From the NCBI GenBank assembly GCA_009914755.4, contig CP068257.2, positions 15,744,001 to 15,808,000 on the forward strand: a DNA stretch of 64,000 bases. The letters are read 5' to 3'. The stretch is from the human T2T-CHM13v2.0 reference genome, Homo sapiens. Position numbers and translations under genes: made by a program. Position 1 is the first letter of the stretch. The number at the start of each line of letters is the position of its first letter. This document shows positions 13,791-28,738 of the stretch, in pieces. The notes beneath the pieces are model-generated. The model searched no databases, was not told the origin of the DNA, and saw only the letters and a program-made list of their open reading frames with translations.

Positions 13791-15363
13791 TTTTCACTGC
13801 CACCTATTATTTATATAACAATCTGTTTAAACTTGAGAGAAGCCATGTTTCATATAAAGGCTGGCTTTTCTTGATATAGTAAGTTTTATACACTGTTCTA
13901 TTTGATAAATGTTCACTCAAGAGATAGATTAAATTTCCCTTTGTCTCATAAGTCTCTGTTCAAGTTACCCTAAGCATAATTCCCAAAAGAAAGTTGTGGT
14001 TAAAATCAAACCGGTGTCCACTACTAACAGCAGAGCTTATCAGCACCACCGTGAAAAAGACACACAAAAAATTCCCCAGCTAATTGAGATATGCGCTGTC
14101 AGCAGTTTGGACAAGGCAGGAAACCAACCAGGGTTAGAGGGCCTAGAGAGCATTTTATTCTCTTTGGCCTCAACCTTCTAAATATCTTATTGCCACATAT
14201 AGTTTATTAGTCATAGAAGAATGGGCTTTATTCGAGTAACATTTTGCAGAAGCTGTTAGCCATCTGGTCTGCCCACATTAGGCACCAGATTCTTGATTCA
14301 ATTATCAGTTGGAGCCACATGGTTCCAGCACATCTCTTAAGCAATGCCAAAATACATCCTTTTCAATTGAGAAAAGAGAGGAAGTTAGTGGAGAACACAG
14401 AGCCTGCAATATGGGAGAAAAACATTTAGTTGCTTTGGAAGTCCTAAGTTCCGCCTTATTTTGGCTCTGCACTACCAGTACACCCTTCCCTACCAATTCA
14501 ACCTCCTAGGCATCTATGGCTTAATAATTCCTTCACCAGAATTAACAATGTCCTTCTGCAGGTCTCTCCAGGCTCTAGAATTCTAAAAGACATTCTCTTC
14601 AACTTGGTCAATTTTTTCTCAACCAGGCATATGTTTCTAAAGATTTTTGAATTGATTGGTAAAGTTAAACCCTCCTTCAGGGAACTTAGGCCTCTTTACC
14701 AACTGTTCTCTGATATATCAGTTTCGTTTCCCTGTATTAGCCTGGGTTTCCTGAGACAAGGTAAGAGGAATTTAGGGGCAGTAATCCTAAGGAACAAGAG
14801 TAAGGGACTTAGTAGAAAGGAATTGAGGAGAGAAAGTCAAACCAAACGTATGTTACAAAACTGGTCATCACTATGGGCAACAGAGCCTTGATCCTCCCAC
14901 CTCCTGGAGACTCTCTGAGAAGCCGTGTTGATGTGATGCAGGGTTGTCAACCTGGGGGGATGAAAAAGCAGAGGACTCATCCAGTCGCCCATCTTCTACT
15001 GGTCAAGCATTGCCACATGGAGCGTTCGCACTTCCTCCCTTTTAGGTTTGTCCATGCATCAGAATGGCAGAACACGTTCCCCCAGGCATCTTTACAGGGC
15101 TGTGACAAAGAAGCCCATGGCAGAAAGCACAACACTCACAGTGCAACTAAGACAAGGGGAAGTCTAGTTTCACCTGCCATGCCTGGTAGCCACAGCAATG
15201 ACTGGATTAAAAATGATTAGAACTTCCAGAAAGCTAAATACATGGAGGCCAACAGGAAAATGAAGAAGAATTCATCCAAGTGCCGGGAGGGTGGCACACC
15301 CCTTCCAGACCTCACCCTTGTATGTTTTCATCTGGATGTTTATCCTTTAAAATGTCCTTCTTA

Positions 15364-15501
15364 GGGCCAGGTGCGGTGGCTCATGCCTATAATCCCAACA
15401 CTTAGGAAGGCCAAGGCACCCAGATAGCTTGAGCCCAGGGGCTCGAGACCAGCCTGGGCAACATAGCAAGACCTTGTTTCTAGAAACAATTAAAAAAAAA
15501 A
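15364..15501 (+). mobile_element. Alu left monomer (FLAM-like)
   Basis: 'gggccaggtgcggtggctcatgcctataatcccaacact...gcctgggcaacatagcaagacc...aaaaaaaaaa'. Confidence 0.75.
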
Positions 15502-15507
15502 TTAGCG

Positions 15508-15808
<301 letters not shown>

Positions 15809-15812
15809 TTAA

Positions 15813-15962
15813 ATTAGCTGGGCATGGTGATACGGGCAGTCCAGGCTACTCAGGAGACTAAGGTGGAAGGATCACTTGAGCCTGGGAGGTCAAGACTGCA
15901 GTGGGCCATGATTGTGCCACTGCACTCCATCCTGAGCAACATAAGACCTTGTATCAAAAAAA
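15813..15962 (+). mobile_element. Alu right-arm fragment
   Basis: 'ttagctgggcatggtgatacgggcagtccaggctactcagg...cactgcactccatcctgagcaac'. Confidence 0.8.
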
Positions 15963-17084
15963 TTTTAAAAGGTTGGCTCTAAGGTGATAGAAAGCAGATC
16001 AGAGAGGTGACCCTGATGTTCATGTGACCTCAATGGGAAGATTCACATTAATAAGGCTCTCTTCAATATTTTATCAACCTTCATGAATGGTAAAGAAAAC
16101 TTTATCACTTCCATTTCATAATCTGAATCTTGTTTGGGGTGAGAGATATAGTTTTTTTGACAGTAAATGTATATTTTTAAAACTTTCCATGGAGCCTGTT
16201 ACTTCACAAATTATTTTTAAATTATACATTTTAAAAGTGGATTTTTAAAATATTTATTGAACATTTATTATCCTAGATATTTTTGAAGAGGCAGAATACA
16301 AAAAGAACAAAATGAGATCCTTTTCTCCAACAAGCTTATAAACTACTCAAGGGAGACAGGGTAAGACAGATAATTAAAGAGATTGAATGAAGCTAATAGA
16401 GGGAGTAGAACCAATAATGAATGTACTCTAAATTAGTAGCAGTTACTCAGCAGACAGTCATCAATGCTTCAGAATCCTAGCCAGATGTACAGAAACATTA
16501 TAGATTGACCTGACATACATAGAAACAAACATGGATACAAAAACAAACAAGAAAAAACACTATTTTCAGAAGCCAAAATTTTAAACTGCCCTGTAGGGCT
16601 GAGGTTTTAATACCCATTAGAGAATAGAGGATGTAGCTTCAGGGGCTAAAAGTGGAGGAGCTTAAATTGAGTCACCAGGTAATACTGACAATCACAAAAA
16701 AGCTTCCCAACTTACGAAAAATGCATTTAGAAAAATTATCCAACTAACCAAAATAACAGAAAACAATCTTGCTATCTATATACAAATTTAAACCACTCAC
16801 GTAGTGCAAAATTTACAAGCCAAAAAAATTAATGCTTCATTCAGACTATTGAAATTGCTAGGGTCAAGGAGAAGAAAACTAAAAACTGATCTTTTACAAT
16901 CATAACCAGGAAATGCAGAGGCTCTCAACAAAATTCTTCAGTGCAAATGGGTCACCGTAAAAAATTACAACCTTTACAAAGAAATGAACCACCATAATGG
17001 AGAATTAGCAGATACAGCAAAGAGAAAAAAAATAAGTGGTAGAATAATCTGAAAGAGACTCTAAAATAAGTTTGTGTGCATCAG

Positions 17085-17465
17085 TTAGCTTCTGCTGCAT
17101 AACAAAGTTCCCCAGGATTTAATGGCTTAAAACAACAACTACCTCATTTTTGCCGTCAGCAATTAGAGTGGTTCTTCTAGGCTGGGCTGGGTTGGGCTGG
17201 GATAATTACTCAGGTGGGCTCACTCCTATGTCCTCGGTCATCTTATGGATTGGCCAGGCCTGACTGCTTTAAGTTGGTGTTGTCTGGGATGAATGGGACT
17301 CCTGGAGCCCCTTTCCATGTGGTCTCTACAGCAAGCTAGTGAGGGTTTGTTCCCATGGTAATCTGAGGGTTCCAAGAAAGTAGACAGAATTGTGGAAACT
17401 TATTGAGCCTTAGGCTCAGAATTCGTACCATGCCTTATCTCCCACAATCAGTTGGCCTAAATGAG
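17085..17465. mobile_element. old interspersed repeat of uncertain family; possibly a MaLR internal-region fragment contiguous with the adjacent LTR
   Basis: 'tgctgcataacaaag.tcccc...taatggcttaaaacaacaac' followed by 'ggctgggctgggttgggctgg' block and 'ccatgtggtctct'; the pattern looks like a common human repeat consensus but I could not name it. Confidence 0.35.
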
Positions 17466-17475
17466 TCACAGGGTC

Positions 17476-17824
17476 TATTAGTCAATTCTCACACTGCTAA
17501 TAAAGACATACCTAAGACTGAGTAATTTATAAAGGAAAGAGGCTTAATGAACTCACAGCTCCACATGGCTGAAGAAGCCTCACAATCATAATGGAGGTGA
17601 AGGAAGAGCAAAGGGACGTCTGACATGGAAGCAGGAAAGAGAGCGCTTGTGCAGGGGAACTCCCACTTGTAAAACCATCAGATCTCACGAGACTTATTCA
17701 CTACCACAAGAACAGTATGGGGATAACCGCCCCCATGATTCTATTATCTCCACCTGGCCCACTATTGACACCTGGGGATTTTTACAAGGTGAGATTTGGG
17801 TGAGGACACAGCCAAATCTTATCA
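17476..17824 (-). mobile_element. MaLR solo LTR (MST-like subfamily), reverse orientation
   Basis: begins with the rc of the LTR 3' end 'tattagtcaattctcacactgctaataaagacatacc', ends with the rc of the 5' end 'gtgaggacacagccaaatcttatca' (= TGATAAGATTTGGCTGTGTCCTCACCCAAATCTCA...). Confidence 0.85.
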
Positions 17825-17975
17825 CAGGGCCAATCCAGATTGAAGAATTACAGGGATAGACTGGACTTCTTAGTGGAAGGGAAAGAATCTGTGATCATTT
17901 TTCTGCAACTTGCCATAATGATGTAATAACTTAAAAAGATAAAAGAAGAAATAGGAACTAATCAAGGAAGAGGCC

Positions 17976-18337
17976 TGATATGGTTTGGTTGTGTCCTCAC
18001 CCAAATCTCAGCTTGAATTGTAGCTCCCATAATTCCCACATGTTGTAGGAGGGACCTGGTGGGAGATAATTGAATCATTGGGGAGGTTTCCCCCATACTG
18101 TTTTCATGGTAGTGAATAAATCTTACAAGGGCTGATAGCTTTATAAGGGGAAACCCCTTTCACTTGGTTCTTATTCTCTCTTGCCTGCCACCACATAAGA
18201 TGTGCCTTTTGCCTTCCATCATGATTGTGAGGCCTCCCCATCCATGTGGAACTGAGTCCATTGAAACTCTTTTTCTTTATAAATTACCCAGTCCTGGATA
18301 TGTCTTTATCAGCAGCATGAAAACAGACTAATACAAA
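17976..18337 (+). mobile_element. MaLR solo LTR, THE1-type, forward orientation
   Basis: 'tgatatggtttggttgtgtcctcacccaaatctcagcttgaattgtagctcccataattcccacatgttgtaggagggacc...ataaattacccagtcctggatatgtctttatcagcagcatgaaaacagactaatacaa', a near-consensus THE1 layout. Confidence 0.9.
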
Positions 18338-18379
18338 GCCAGTATGCAGAAACAATAGGAAAATTTGGGAAAAAAAAAA

Positions 18380-18684
<305 letters not shown>

Positions 18685-19019
18685 TCAAGTGTCAAAGTAG
18701 AAAAGAAGGGATCTAAATACTTCATCAATCATTAAAGCTCTTCCCTATACTCAAGGATCTCTCAACCCCAATTTCCAGAATTAGCCTCCTTCTACTCCTC
18801 CATGTGTCAGCCAAAGCATCTCACTCTCCACAGATGGTTTTGCTTCTAAATTTCCTTCTGTCCAGAATATATCTTTTCTACCAAACTGCTCAATATTTCA
18901 ATATCTCCTTTCAAACTTCTATTTATTCCACCTACCTTTTCTTCCATGGAAATTAAAAATAGAAGTAATAGTATTTATGATTATTTATGATTATAGTACT
19001 TAAGATTCTTTATCATGTT

Positions 19020-19125
19020 TCAGCTACTGTTCTAAGTACTTTGCATGAATTCTGTTACCTATTCCTACAACACCTTCTCAAGGTAAATACCATTAAAGAT
19101 CCATTTACAGAAGGAGAAAAAAAAT
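19020..19125 (+). mobile_element. possible MIR fragment
   Basis: 'ctactgttctaagtactttgcatgaatt...' resembles MIR 'ggcactgttctaagcactttacatgtatt'; weak. Confidence 0.3.
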
Positions 19126-19266
19126 CCGTATCTTCCTGACTCATAGTTTTCACAATCTGCATGTTAACTTCCACTCTAAAGTATCATTTCTCAGTTCTCC
19201 TAAAGATATGATTTCTCTAACTTTTGGCTTTTTATTTTTCTTTAAACAGACTGACAATAGCAGGTA

Positions 19267-19985
19267 TTGGTGAGGGTGCAGAGCAACTTACACAGTGCAG
19301 GTGGGAGTGTAAATTGATATAATCACTTTGGAAACCAACCCACTATTCTCTCTAAAATGAAGGTACACATATCCTATGATCAGAAATTCAAGCACTATGC
19401 TAGGAGATACCAAACAAATGCATGCATATGCACTAAGAAACAGATCCAAGAATGTCCACAGCATTTTTTTAATAATCCCAATCTTGAAATAATTCAAGTA
19501 TCCATTAATAGAAAATGGATAACTAAGTTCATGTATTATAAGATGGAGTACTATATTGCAATAAAATTTAGCAAACTACAAATATATGATGAGCATGGGT
19601 GAATATTAAGCACATAATGAGTGAAAGATGCAAGACACAAAATATAGTGCATGACTCCATTTATATAGAGTGAAAAAAAGAAGGCAAAATGAAAGTTCAT
19701 TGTTTGGGGATGCATGCTTAGGAGAGAAAACTGTAAACCAATGCAAAAAGGCTGTTGCCTTAAAAGTTAGTAAAGCTCTTTCTCCATATGGTAGAGAAGA
19801 AGTAATGTCTAGGAGGAAACATTTGGGGACCTTCTAGGTTCTGGCAATGTCCTATTTCATGACCTTTCTGGTGGTTCCATGAGCATTTCCTTAACGATCA
19901 TTCATTAGGCTGTACGATCTTGTTTTGTGCACATTTCTATATATTTGCAAGTTATGTTTCACAATAAAAATGTTTAAAGAAGAAA
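19267..19985 (+). mobile_element. LINE-1 3' end fragment (end of ORF2 plus 3' UTR; older L1P/L1M-like)
   Basis: 'tggtgagggtgcagagcaact.acacagtgcaggtgggagtgtaaa' (L1 'gaggatgtggagaaa...cactgttggtgggagtgtaaa'); '...atgactccatttatatagagt...' (L1 'gtatgattccatttatatgaagt'); ends 'cacaataaaaatgtttaaag' containing AATAAA. Confidence 0.75.
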
Positions 19986-20840
19986 TAACAAAGATATGTA
20001 GTTACTTCATATGATATGGAAGCTAAAGGGTAGGTAGTTGAGCATTCAACATGATCACACTACTGCCTCTTGGAACACTAACAGTATGTCTTGCATTAGT
20101 TCAGATCCTCCAAAAGCAGACGTGAAGATCGGATTAAATATGCAAGAGATTTATTTGAAACACCTCTTAGAGAAGGAATGAGGGGAGCTAGAAGAGGCAA
20201 GGCCGGCCTTCAGACAATGATACAAGTTCTGACAGTTTGAAGGTGAGAGGAGAGAAAGGGTTGGATAAGTAGAGTCTCAGAATGCAGGGACATTTTAAGA
20301 AGCTTCAGCCAGGCAAATGAGACATATTCAAGCCAAAGTCACCCTGTGGAAGATACCTGCTCTTTGCAGGGTTTGACCTGCTTTAATGTCCCTGCCATTC
20401 TCAGGTATTGGCTGAGAGCAGCTTGTGGGAAATGTAGCCTTTGAGGAAATGCAATGGTAGATTCAGAGCCCAGCAGCTATGCACCAGTTACATCTTCCCC
20501 ACAGCAGGAGATCTGAGCAGCACATTTCCATAACTGCTAAATCCACTAAAAGTGATGTAAATTGTGAAAAATCAAATATAGCAGTGCAAATAAATAAGAA
20601 ACACAAAACAATGTGAATTGCATAATTACTAACTTATAGTGTAAATATGAATAATGGATTCGCTAATAAAGTTTTATGATCATTTCAGTCAGTAAATCAT
20701 TGAATATATATAAAATATTACATTACTATTACTCTCATTATTACTATAACATACTGTTAGTCTGCATTGAAGACTAGGGAAACTAGATTTCATATCCACT
20801 GAGTTCTATCTGAGATTGGCAGGTAACATACTGAATGATT

Positions 20841-21216
20841 GTATTAGTCCGTTCTCATGCTGCTATAAAGAACTGCCCAGCGACTGGGTAATTTACAAAG
20901 AAAAGAAGTTTAATTGATCACGGTTCCGCATGGCTGGGGAAGCCTCAGGAAACTTGCAATCACGGTGGAAGGGGAAGCAAACACATCCTTCTTCACATGA
21001 TGGCAGGAAGAAGGAGAGCCGAGTGAAGCTGAGCTTCTGCCCCTTATAAAACCATCAGATCTCATGAGAACTCACTCTCTCTCATGAGAATAGCATGGGG
21101 GTAACCGACCCCATGATTCACTTACCTCCCACCAGGCCCCTCCCATGATACGTGGGGATTATGGGAACTACAATTCAAGATAAGATTTGGGTGGGGACAC
21201 AGCAAAACTATATCAG
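20841..21216 (-). mobile_element. MaLR solo LTR, THE1-like, reverse orientation
   Basis: 'gtattagtccgttctcatgctgctataaagaactgcccagcgactgggtaatttacaaagaaaagaagtttaattga...gatttgggtggggacacagcaaaactatatca'. Confidence 0.85.
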
Positions 21217-21349
21217 TGATTTCGATTCCTAAAGCCCCGAGAAGCCAGTTGAACACTTCTATTCAAAGCATTTGGCTTTGTCTTTCAACCTTGATAACCA
21301 AGATGATAAAGAATATCCCAGCAGGTGGGGATGTGTCAATCTTTATTGG

Positions 21350-21760
21350 TGTCCTGGTCTAGAATTTGAACAGCCTAGAGCAGGAGTCCCCAACCCGCAG
21401 TACCGGTCTGCGGCCTATTAGGACCTGGGCCACACAGCAGGAGGTGAGCCACCGGCCTAGCAAGCATTACTGCCTGAGCTCTACCTCCTAACAGATCAGT
21501 CTCCCATCACCCCCAGACGGGATCGTCTAGTTGCAGGAAAACAAGCTCAAGGCTCCCACTGATTCTACATTATGGTGAATTGTATAATTATTTCATTATA
21601 TATTACAATGTAATAATAAAGGAAATAAAGTGCACAATAAATGTAATGCACTTGAATCATCCTGAAATCACCCTCTGCCCCCCTTCTGGTGGAAAAATTG
21701 TCTTCCACAAAACCCATCCTGGTCCCAAAAATGTTGCTGACCACTGGTCTAGAGAAATTT
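21350..21760. mobile_element. ancient palindromic interspersed repeat (probably a non-autonomous DNA transposon, MER-type), rearranged
   Basis: termini 'gtccccaacccgcagtaccggtctgcggcctattaggacctgggccacacagcaggaggtgagc' and '...ggtggaaaaattgtcttccacaaaacccatcctggtcccaaaaatgttgctgaccactg' match a human repeat consensus I recognise but cannot name; an AT-rich internal segment differs from that consensus. Confidence 0.45.
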
Positions 21761-22314
21761 GACTTTTAATTAAAGGCATTTAACTTGAAGTTGCCACATT
21801 GTAACAGAAAGTAAACAAGCTACCAACCCAATCCCATGTGATTTAATGGTAATGATAGAGTGTTAAGAAAATAACTATCTCTAACAGTAAGGGATCCCAA
21901 CCCCTTTGCCCGAAGCAGAAGGAGAAAAGAGCAGGCATTCATGCTCGACACTCAGGTTTCTCTGGAATATTTTGTTCTCTCATTGTGTTTGTCATACCAT
22001 GATTGTGCTATTTAGAATTCACTTTCATTAGTAGACTAGGAAGAGTCTACAAATAATGAAAGTCAATAATGGGGGAAATTGAGAAAACTGGTGTGTGTTT
22101 CTTGGTGGCTGTCATTTCACTGAAACTTATTTATCCTTGGGTTATACCATGGTTTAACAGGGGAAATGTTTGTATTTCAACCTTGAACTTGTCATTGTTC
22201 ACCTGTTTCAATAGGTGAAATGCCTGCTAAAATAAAAAGTAAAAACTTCCTTGGAAATTAGGTCAGAGGTCCTTTATTACATTTTGAAGTAAATATGCTG
22301 CTTATTTCTTATTC

Positions 22315-22608
22315 TTTTTTTTTTTTTTTTTTGAGACAGAGTGTTGTTCACCCTGGCTAGAGTGCAGTGGCATAATCTCAGCTCCCTGCAGCCTCCACCT
22401 CCTGGGTCCAAGTGATTCTGCTGCCTCAGCCTCCCAAGCAGGTGGGACTACAGGTGGCACCACCATGCCCAGCTAATATTTGTATTTTTAGTAGAGACAG
22501 GGTTTTGCCATGTTGGCCAGGCTAGTCTCGAACTCCTGGCCTCAAGGGATCTGCCCACCTCAGCTTCCCAAAGTGCTGGGTTACAGGCTTGAGTCACCAT
22601 GCCTGGCC
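22315..22608 (-). mobile_element. Alu SINE, full length, reverse
   Basis: 18-nt poly-T, rc Alu body, ends 'gagtcaccatgcctggcc'; TSD 'ctgcttattt' on both flanks. Confidence 0.95.
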
Positions 22609-23959
22609 TGCTTATTTACTCTAATAGTTCTACATTTCCTTGATATTGTTCTCAGAAGCAATGGAGGCTATCATTTTAAAATGCAGTTACCTGTGTTGGA
22701 AAGAAAATTGTAGCATTTCCTTTTTTGAGGAAATGAAGTGAAAAAGTGAGCCACTGGGTTAGTCTCCAAGTGAAGAAAGTCAGGAATTCTTGTCCCAGTG
22801 GGAGAGGATGAGTTTGTTTTCAGGCATTACATTAAATGAGAATATTTGTCTCATCACTGTAAGTGTGGGAAGAAGTATGCGTGTGGATATTGGAAAGCCA
22901 GAAGAGCCCTTGCCAGGGCAGTCTTGATGGATGAACATCCTACCTGCTAGGGAACATGAAGGAAGCCAATCCCTCCCAGCCATCGTCTTTGCTCCTACCC
23001 TGGCAGTCACAACACAAGCAAGAGATTCAGGTAGGCCAACTGGATGTTCTTGCTCAAGTCTTTGAGTTATAAATAAGTAACACAAAGAAAACAAAATAGT
23101 CAGAATCCATTCACAGCCACAGTAATGGTGATAGTGTCGTGGCAAAATCACCATTGACTAGCCAGGCATCCTTTTGCTCTGTAGCTGCCCTGGTTCTTGC
23201 CCTTTCGTCAAAATTTTCCTGCAGTCTTTCATTGATTCCTGGAGATCTCCATATCCTTCTAACAAGATTTCTTCTTGCTTAAGATAACTACAAAAGCAGT
23301 TTTGCAACAAAAGGCAACCTAACTGAACATTAGCTAAGCAGGCAAAGGGGAGCTAAAATTGTAATCCCAGTGTGGGATCAGGTCACTAAACAGGAGCTGG
23401 AGGCAGAAGCTCAGTCACAGAGAGTTAAAAGTAAACACCAATGGGAAGACAAATTGCTTGGGGCTCCCCCCAGGCATCTGAATGCTAACTCTTCACCAGT
23501 TTAGCTAATTCCCTTGCCGTCAGCTACTGAAGCTCAGGGTCCCCCTGCACCCTCTGCTCTGGTCAGTATAACTCAGGAAGTGGCTACTAGTGATTCTGCC
23601 AAGAGTAAGCCAGCATGTGCTGGTCTCCATAGGAATGGAACCAGAGAAAACAGGGACCGAGAAGCTGTGAAAATCATTAGTAAAACTCTAGAGCTAGCAA
23701 AAGTTCATAAGGTCAAGAGTTTCCATGGAAGGAGGGGTCTCCACTAAGTGGGAAGATACTTCTTCCTTTAAGACAGAAGGAAAAGGTGGAAAGCTGGGGA
23801 AGGAGGCAGCAGGATTGGGGATAAGAATATGTGAGGTAAGTTATATTGGTAGCTTCTATTTTCTATGGGAAGCAAGAAGCCAGTCTGTCTGCTAAGAATG
23901 AGGGACTGAGAGAAAGAATAGAGGTTTGAAGATCAGATAAATGCTGTCAATGGTCACTA

Positions 23960-24306
<347 letters not shown>

Positions 24307-26724
24307 GGAAAGAAAAAAGAATGGTTCATAAATCCAGGTGGATTGAAAATAACAAATTAATTCAGTCTAATCATGTGCTTCTCCTCCAGCAACACCATGC
24401 CCAAAACTATTAGCTGTGAGAATAATGGTCCAATTACTTAAAAGCTAAGAATATCCAGAATTAGCAGAAGGCCAAAGGGTAGAGAGAAGTGAGAGTGTTG
24501 ATAAGGGGGCCATTGGGCAATTGAAACATAGGTTTTTGGTGTATTCAGGGAGGGAGGCAAAATAGGAAGAAACTGAACAAGTGGGAAGCCAGGAAGGAAG
24601 CCAGAACAGGGAGGATGTGATGAAAAAGAAAAACATGTTACATGGAAAGGAAGGAAATAGTACAGGTAGGAGAAGTGACAAGATAGGGCTTTGTGATCGG
24701 AAGTAAAATCACAGATTTTAGAGTATGTGACTTCAGAAATGAGTGCTGGGGAGGAACAGAAGTAAAGGTCGTTCACTGTACCTAATGTAAAGCTACCAAG
24801 CATGGCATCCCAAGAAAGTTGAAGTCACCCAGGATGATGGCAGGATTTGAGTAGAGAAGACACGTGTCTGTTGTCAGTTGTCTAAATGAGTATAAAACCA
24901 TGAACGAAGAGTCAAGGGGACAATGGCAGAGAGAAAGCAGCACAACTGGGTGGTATGGTTTCAACAAGGGGGTAGCCTAGCACAATGGAGTAGAAACGAG
25001 GGTCAGAAAATATTTAAACCATTTTACATCAAAGAAATGTTTTAATTATCACAACTGTCACAACTGGAAGGCCAGAAGTTTGATGGGTTTTGAAGGTGAA
25101 TGACTTGAAGACGACCATGGCATCAAACTTTGTTTCCTTCTGTATTAGTGCTTAGCCCAGAGCTTCAACCTAACTTGACCTTGAAGTCTTCAGATGGCTT
25201 CCAGTAGCAATCAGAGCTATGTGCTCCTTGTTTACGTTCAGCAAAAGATAGAGAAACTGGTTTCTCATCTAACACTTTCAAAAGGAGAGAACTTTCTGAA
25301 ACACCTACAGGAAATTTCTCCTTGCATCTCTTTGACTGGAATTGAGTCACATACCAACTTCTAAACCAATCACTGCCAAGAAAATAGCACTTCCTTTAGA
25401 CAAGACACATCCAACTCTTGAGCCTCATATTACATCGTAACTTCTCAATAGGGGAAGGTGGGAGCAGATGTCGGGGAGTCTACCATAACCTCCACCACTC
25501 ACATGCATTTGTGACTACAAGGTTTCCTCAGCTTCTTTTTTAATGTGGCAGGTCTAGAATGGGTAACAAGTAATGACTTCAATTCTCTGAATAAACGAAG
25601 TTTTGGCTTTCTATTGAAAAATCAAGTTTGCATTGGTGACTCTGGACACACTACTCAATTTCTAACAATGCATAGAAACAGAACTCTCACAATTGCAAAT
25701 GGAGCTAAGAGTTACAAGCACATTTTATTCCATCTTGCAAAACTGCAGCAACCTTGTGGATCTCTTGCCAAGACACCAGGACCGTCTTTCTATGCTTTGC
25801 ACTAAAATTCCAGAGATTCTCCTCCAGCTACACATCCTAAATGCCATGCTGCTTGAGTATTAGGCCTCTACCTCCTACCTGCTGAAGCTGGAGACCATGA
25901 ATAATATGCAGGCCATCTAGAAGTCCTTACAGGCTCTTGTAGCAGGCAAGGGACAGGTGCACAGACCAACCAATGCCAGTACAAATACAAGACTTTCACT
26001 GTCCTGATTAAAAACATCTGGTGGTTCCCAGACAGAGAACAATGTCCCAACTCCTTAGAGCTGCACAAAGGACTAGTTGCAAACAGACACAACCAAACAC
26101 AACCAAGCATAGCAGCTTCATTGCCCACTTTGCATCCCAAATACGTGCTTGGCATCCCTGAATGCTCCTTTACATCTCTATGCTTGTGAAGATCCTTTTT
26201 CCTCTACTAAGAATTCCCTCCCCCTGCTTTTCTAACCAGTGATTCCCTTTTCTTCTTATAGGAAATGAAATATTCCGTGCTCTGAAGTTTTCCCAGACAC
26301 CTCAAGCAGCAGCTCCTCTGTTCCTCCGTGTTCCCGTAGCAATTCCCACCTGCCTCTATGGAAGTACTTCTCACACTGTTCTGTGATCATGTGTTTCTGT
26401 ACTTGCCTCTCCTAATTAGAGTGAGAGCAACTTCAAGCAACTTTATTCACTGTTTTATTTTTAGTGTCTGAAAAGTAAAAGGTATCTATGTTTGTTTACA
26501 TATAGATCATTTATCTTTAAAAAATACTTTTAAAGTTATAATTTGCTATGTGAAATCACTTCTTCCTACTTTGATAGCTAATTGTCTATTATTCATTATC
26601 AGTATAACTCACTATATTAACGCACCTAGCCAAACTCCACAGCAGCAACAGCCAGATATTTGGCACTTTAAAATAAAAGTCTAGTATTTTCTGACTTTTT
26701 GAACTTGGTTGTTTTTAAAATTCT

Positions 26725-27020
<296 letters not shown>

Positions 27021-27779
27021 TGTAAGTAGTTAAGAACATCTTTGTGAGTAAATCATTTCATTGCTCATTTACAGCAGGAGATCTGGTATCATGCGGCTAC
27101 AATTTACGATATATGCAGCTGATTGACATACAGACACGGTGCTAAATGAGATGAAGTAAAGCAAACCAGTAGGGCAGGATGGAAGTGTCAAAACTGATTG
27201 GCCGGTATCAATTTTCAAAATGTGTGGTCAGTATTCCTGGAGGCCAAATCCACTGGGTGGCTTGTTTCCAAAATAACAGTATAACCTTCTTAAGAAACTG
27301 TTTTATTGTATAAAACTACTGCATTAGGAAAAGTTAGTCACTGTGTTTACTTCATTCTTCTGCTAACAAAAGATAAATTATTTATTTTTTTAGATGATAA
27401 GGAAATCTTAAATGCTGTTCTCAGCTGAGAGAGGCTGAGAGAACATCGGGCCAGTTACTCCCACAACATACTTCTGAGAGTACAGAACTCCCATGTGATC
27501 TAGGATTGCTCTTGTCTGGCCTTGTTATTTCCAAATTATGTTGTCCCTGTCTCTGTTAAGGGATGACATGAGTTGAGCTTTAGATCTTGAAGTAAGGTTC
27601 ATCTCCGTTTCTGAATATCATGTGAGAAACAAATGTAAAATGTAAAGCTTTCTCCTCATTTCATTCCAAATCCTGGTAGTGAGGAACTGGGAAGGGAAAG
27701 GAGGAAGGTAACAGTTTTTGAGTCCATATTATGTGCCAGGCAAGGCTTCGAGATTGCAGCTTCCCCCAGGATGGAGATA

Positions 27780-27975
27780 GTATCTTATTGAACTTTAATA
27801 TCTAGCACAGTTTCTGACACGTAGGCAGGTGCTCAATGAATACTTATTGACTGAAACAATCTAAATCCATTTCAGATATAATCTCATTTAATCCTCACAA
27901 CCACCTCGAATTTGGAAATACTTTCTTCATTTAACAGAGAGGTTGAGTAAATTGCCTCAGGTCACACTGAAAGGC
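27780..27975 (-). mobile_element. MIR SINE fragment (reverse)
   Basis: 'cacgtaggcaggtgctcaatgaatacttattgact...aatctcatttaatcctcacaaccacc...ttcatttaacagagaggttgagtaaattgcctcaggtcacac' is the rc of the MIR core. Confidence 0.6.
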
Positions 27976-28197
27976 CTGGATTACAAACTAAGGATGTAAA
28001 AATCAAAGGGCATCTCAAAGTCATCCAGAAAAATGCAACTTTTTGTGTTAATCTGTCTAGGAGCTGGGGTAGAAAAAAGAAAAATGCTGCTTTTTATAGA
28101 TGAAACAAAACATTCATTGAATTTTAGTGACTTTTTTGTTTCACAACACATTGCTGTAAAAGTGAAAATCAAGACAAACATACACAGTCTTTCTTAA

Positions 28198-28580
<383 letters not shown>

Positions 28581-28738
28581 TCAATTCAATTTTTACTGAA
28601 TCACTGCTAGAATCAGTGATTATTTCATCATAATTTTCCTGCAATGTGGCAGGAACAAAAATGTCTGGGTGATAGATCTGGCAGCTCTGAATCCCAGCAT
28701 GTGGTGAAGTTAAAAGATGGCATCAGAAATCATAAAAT

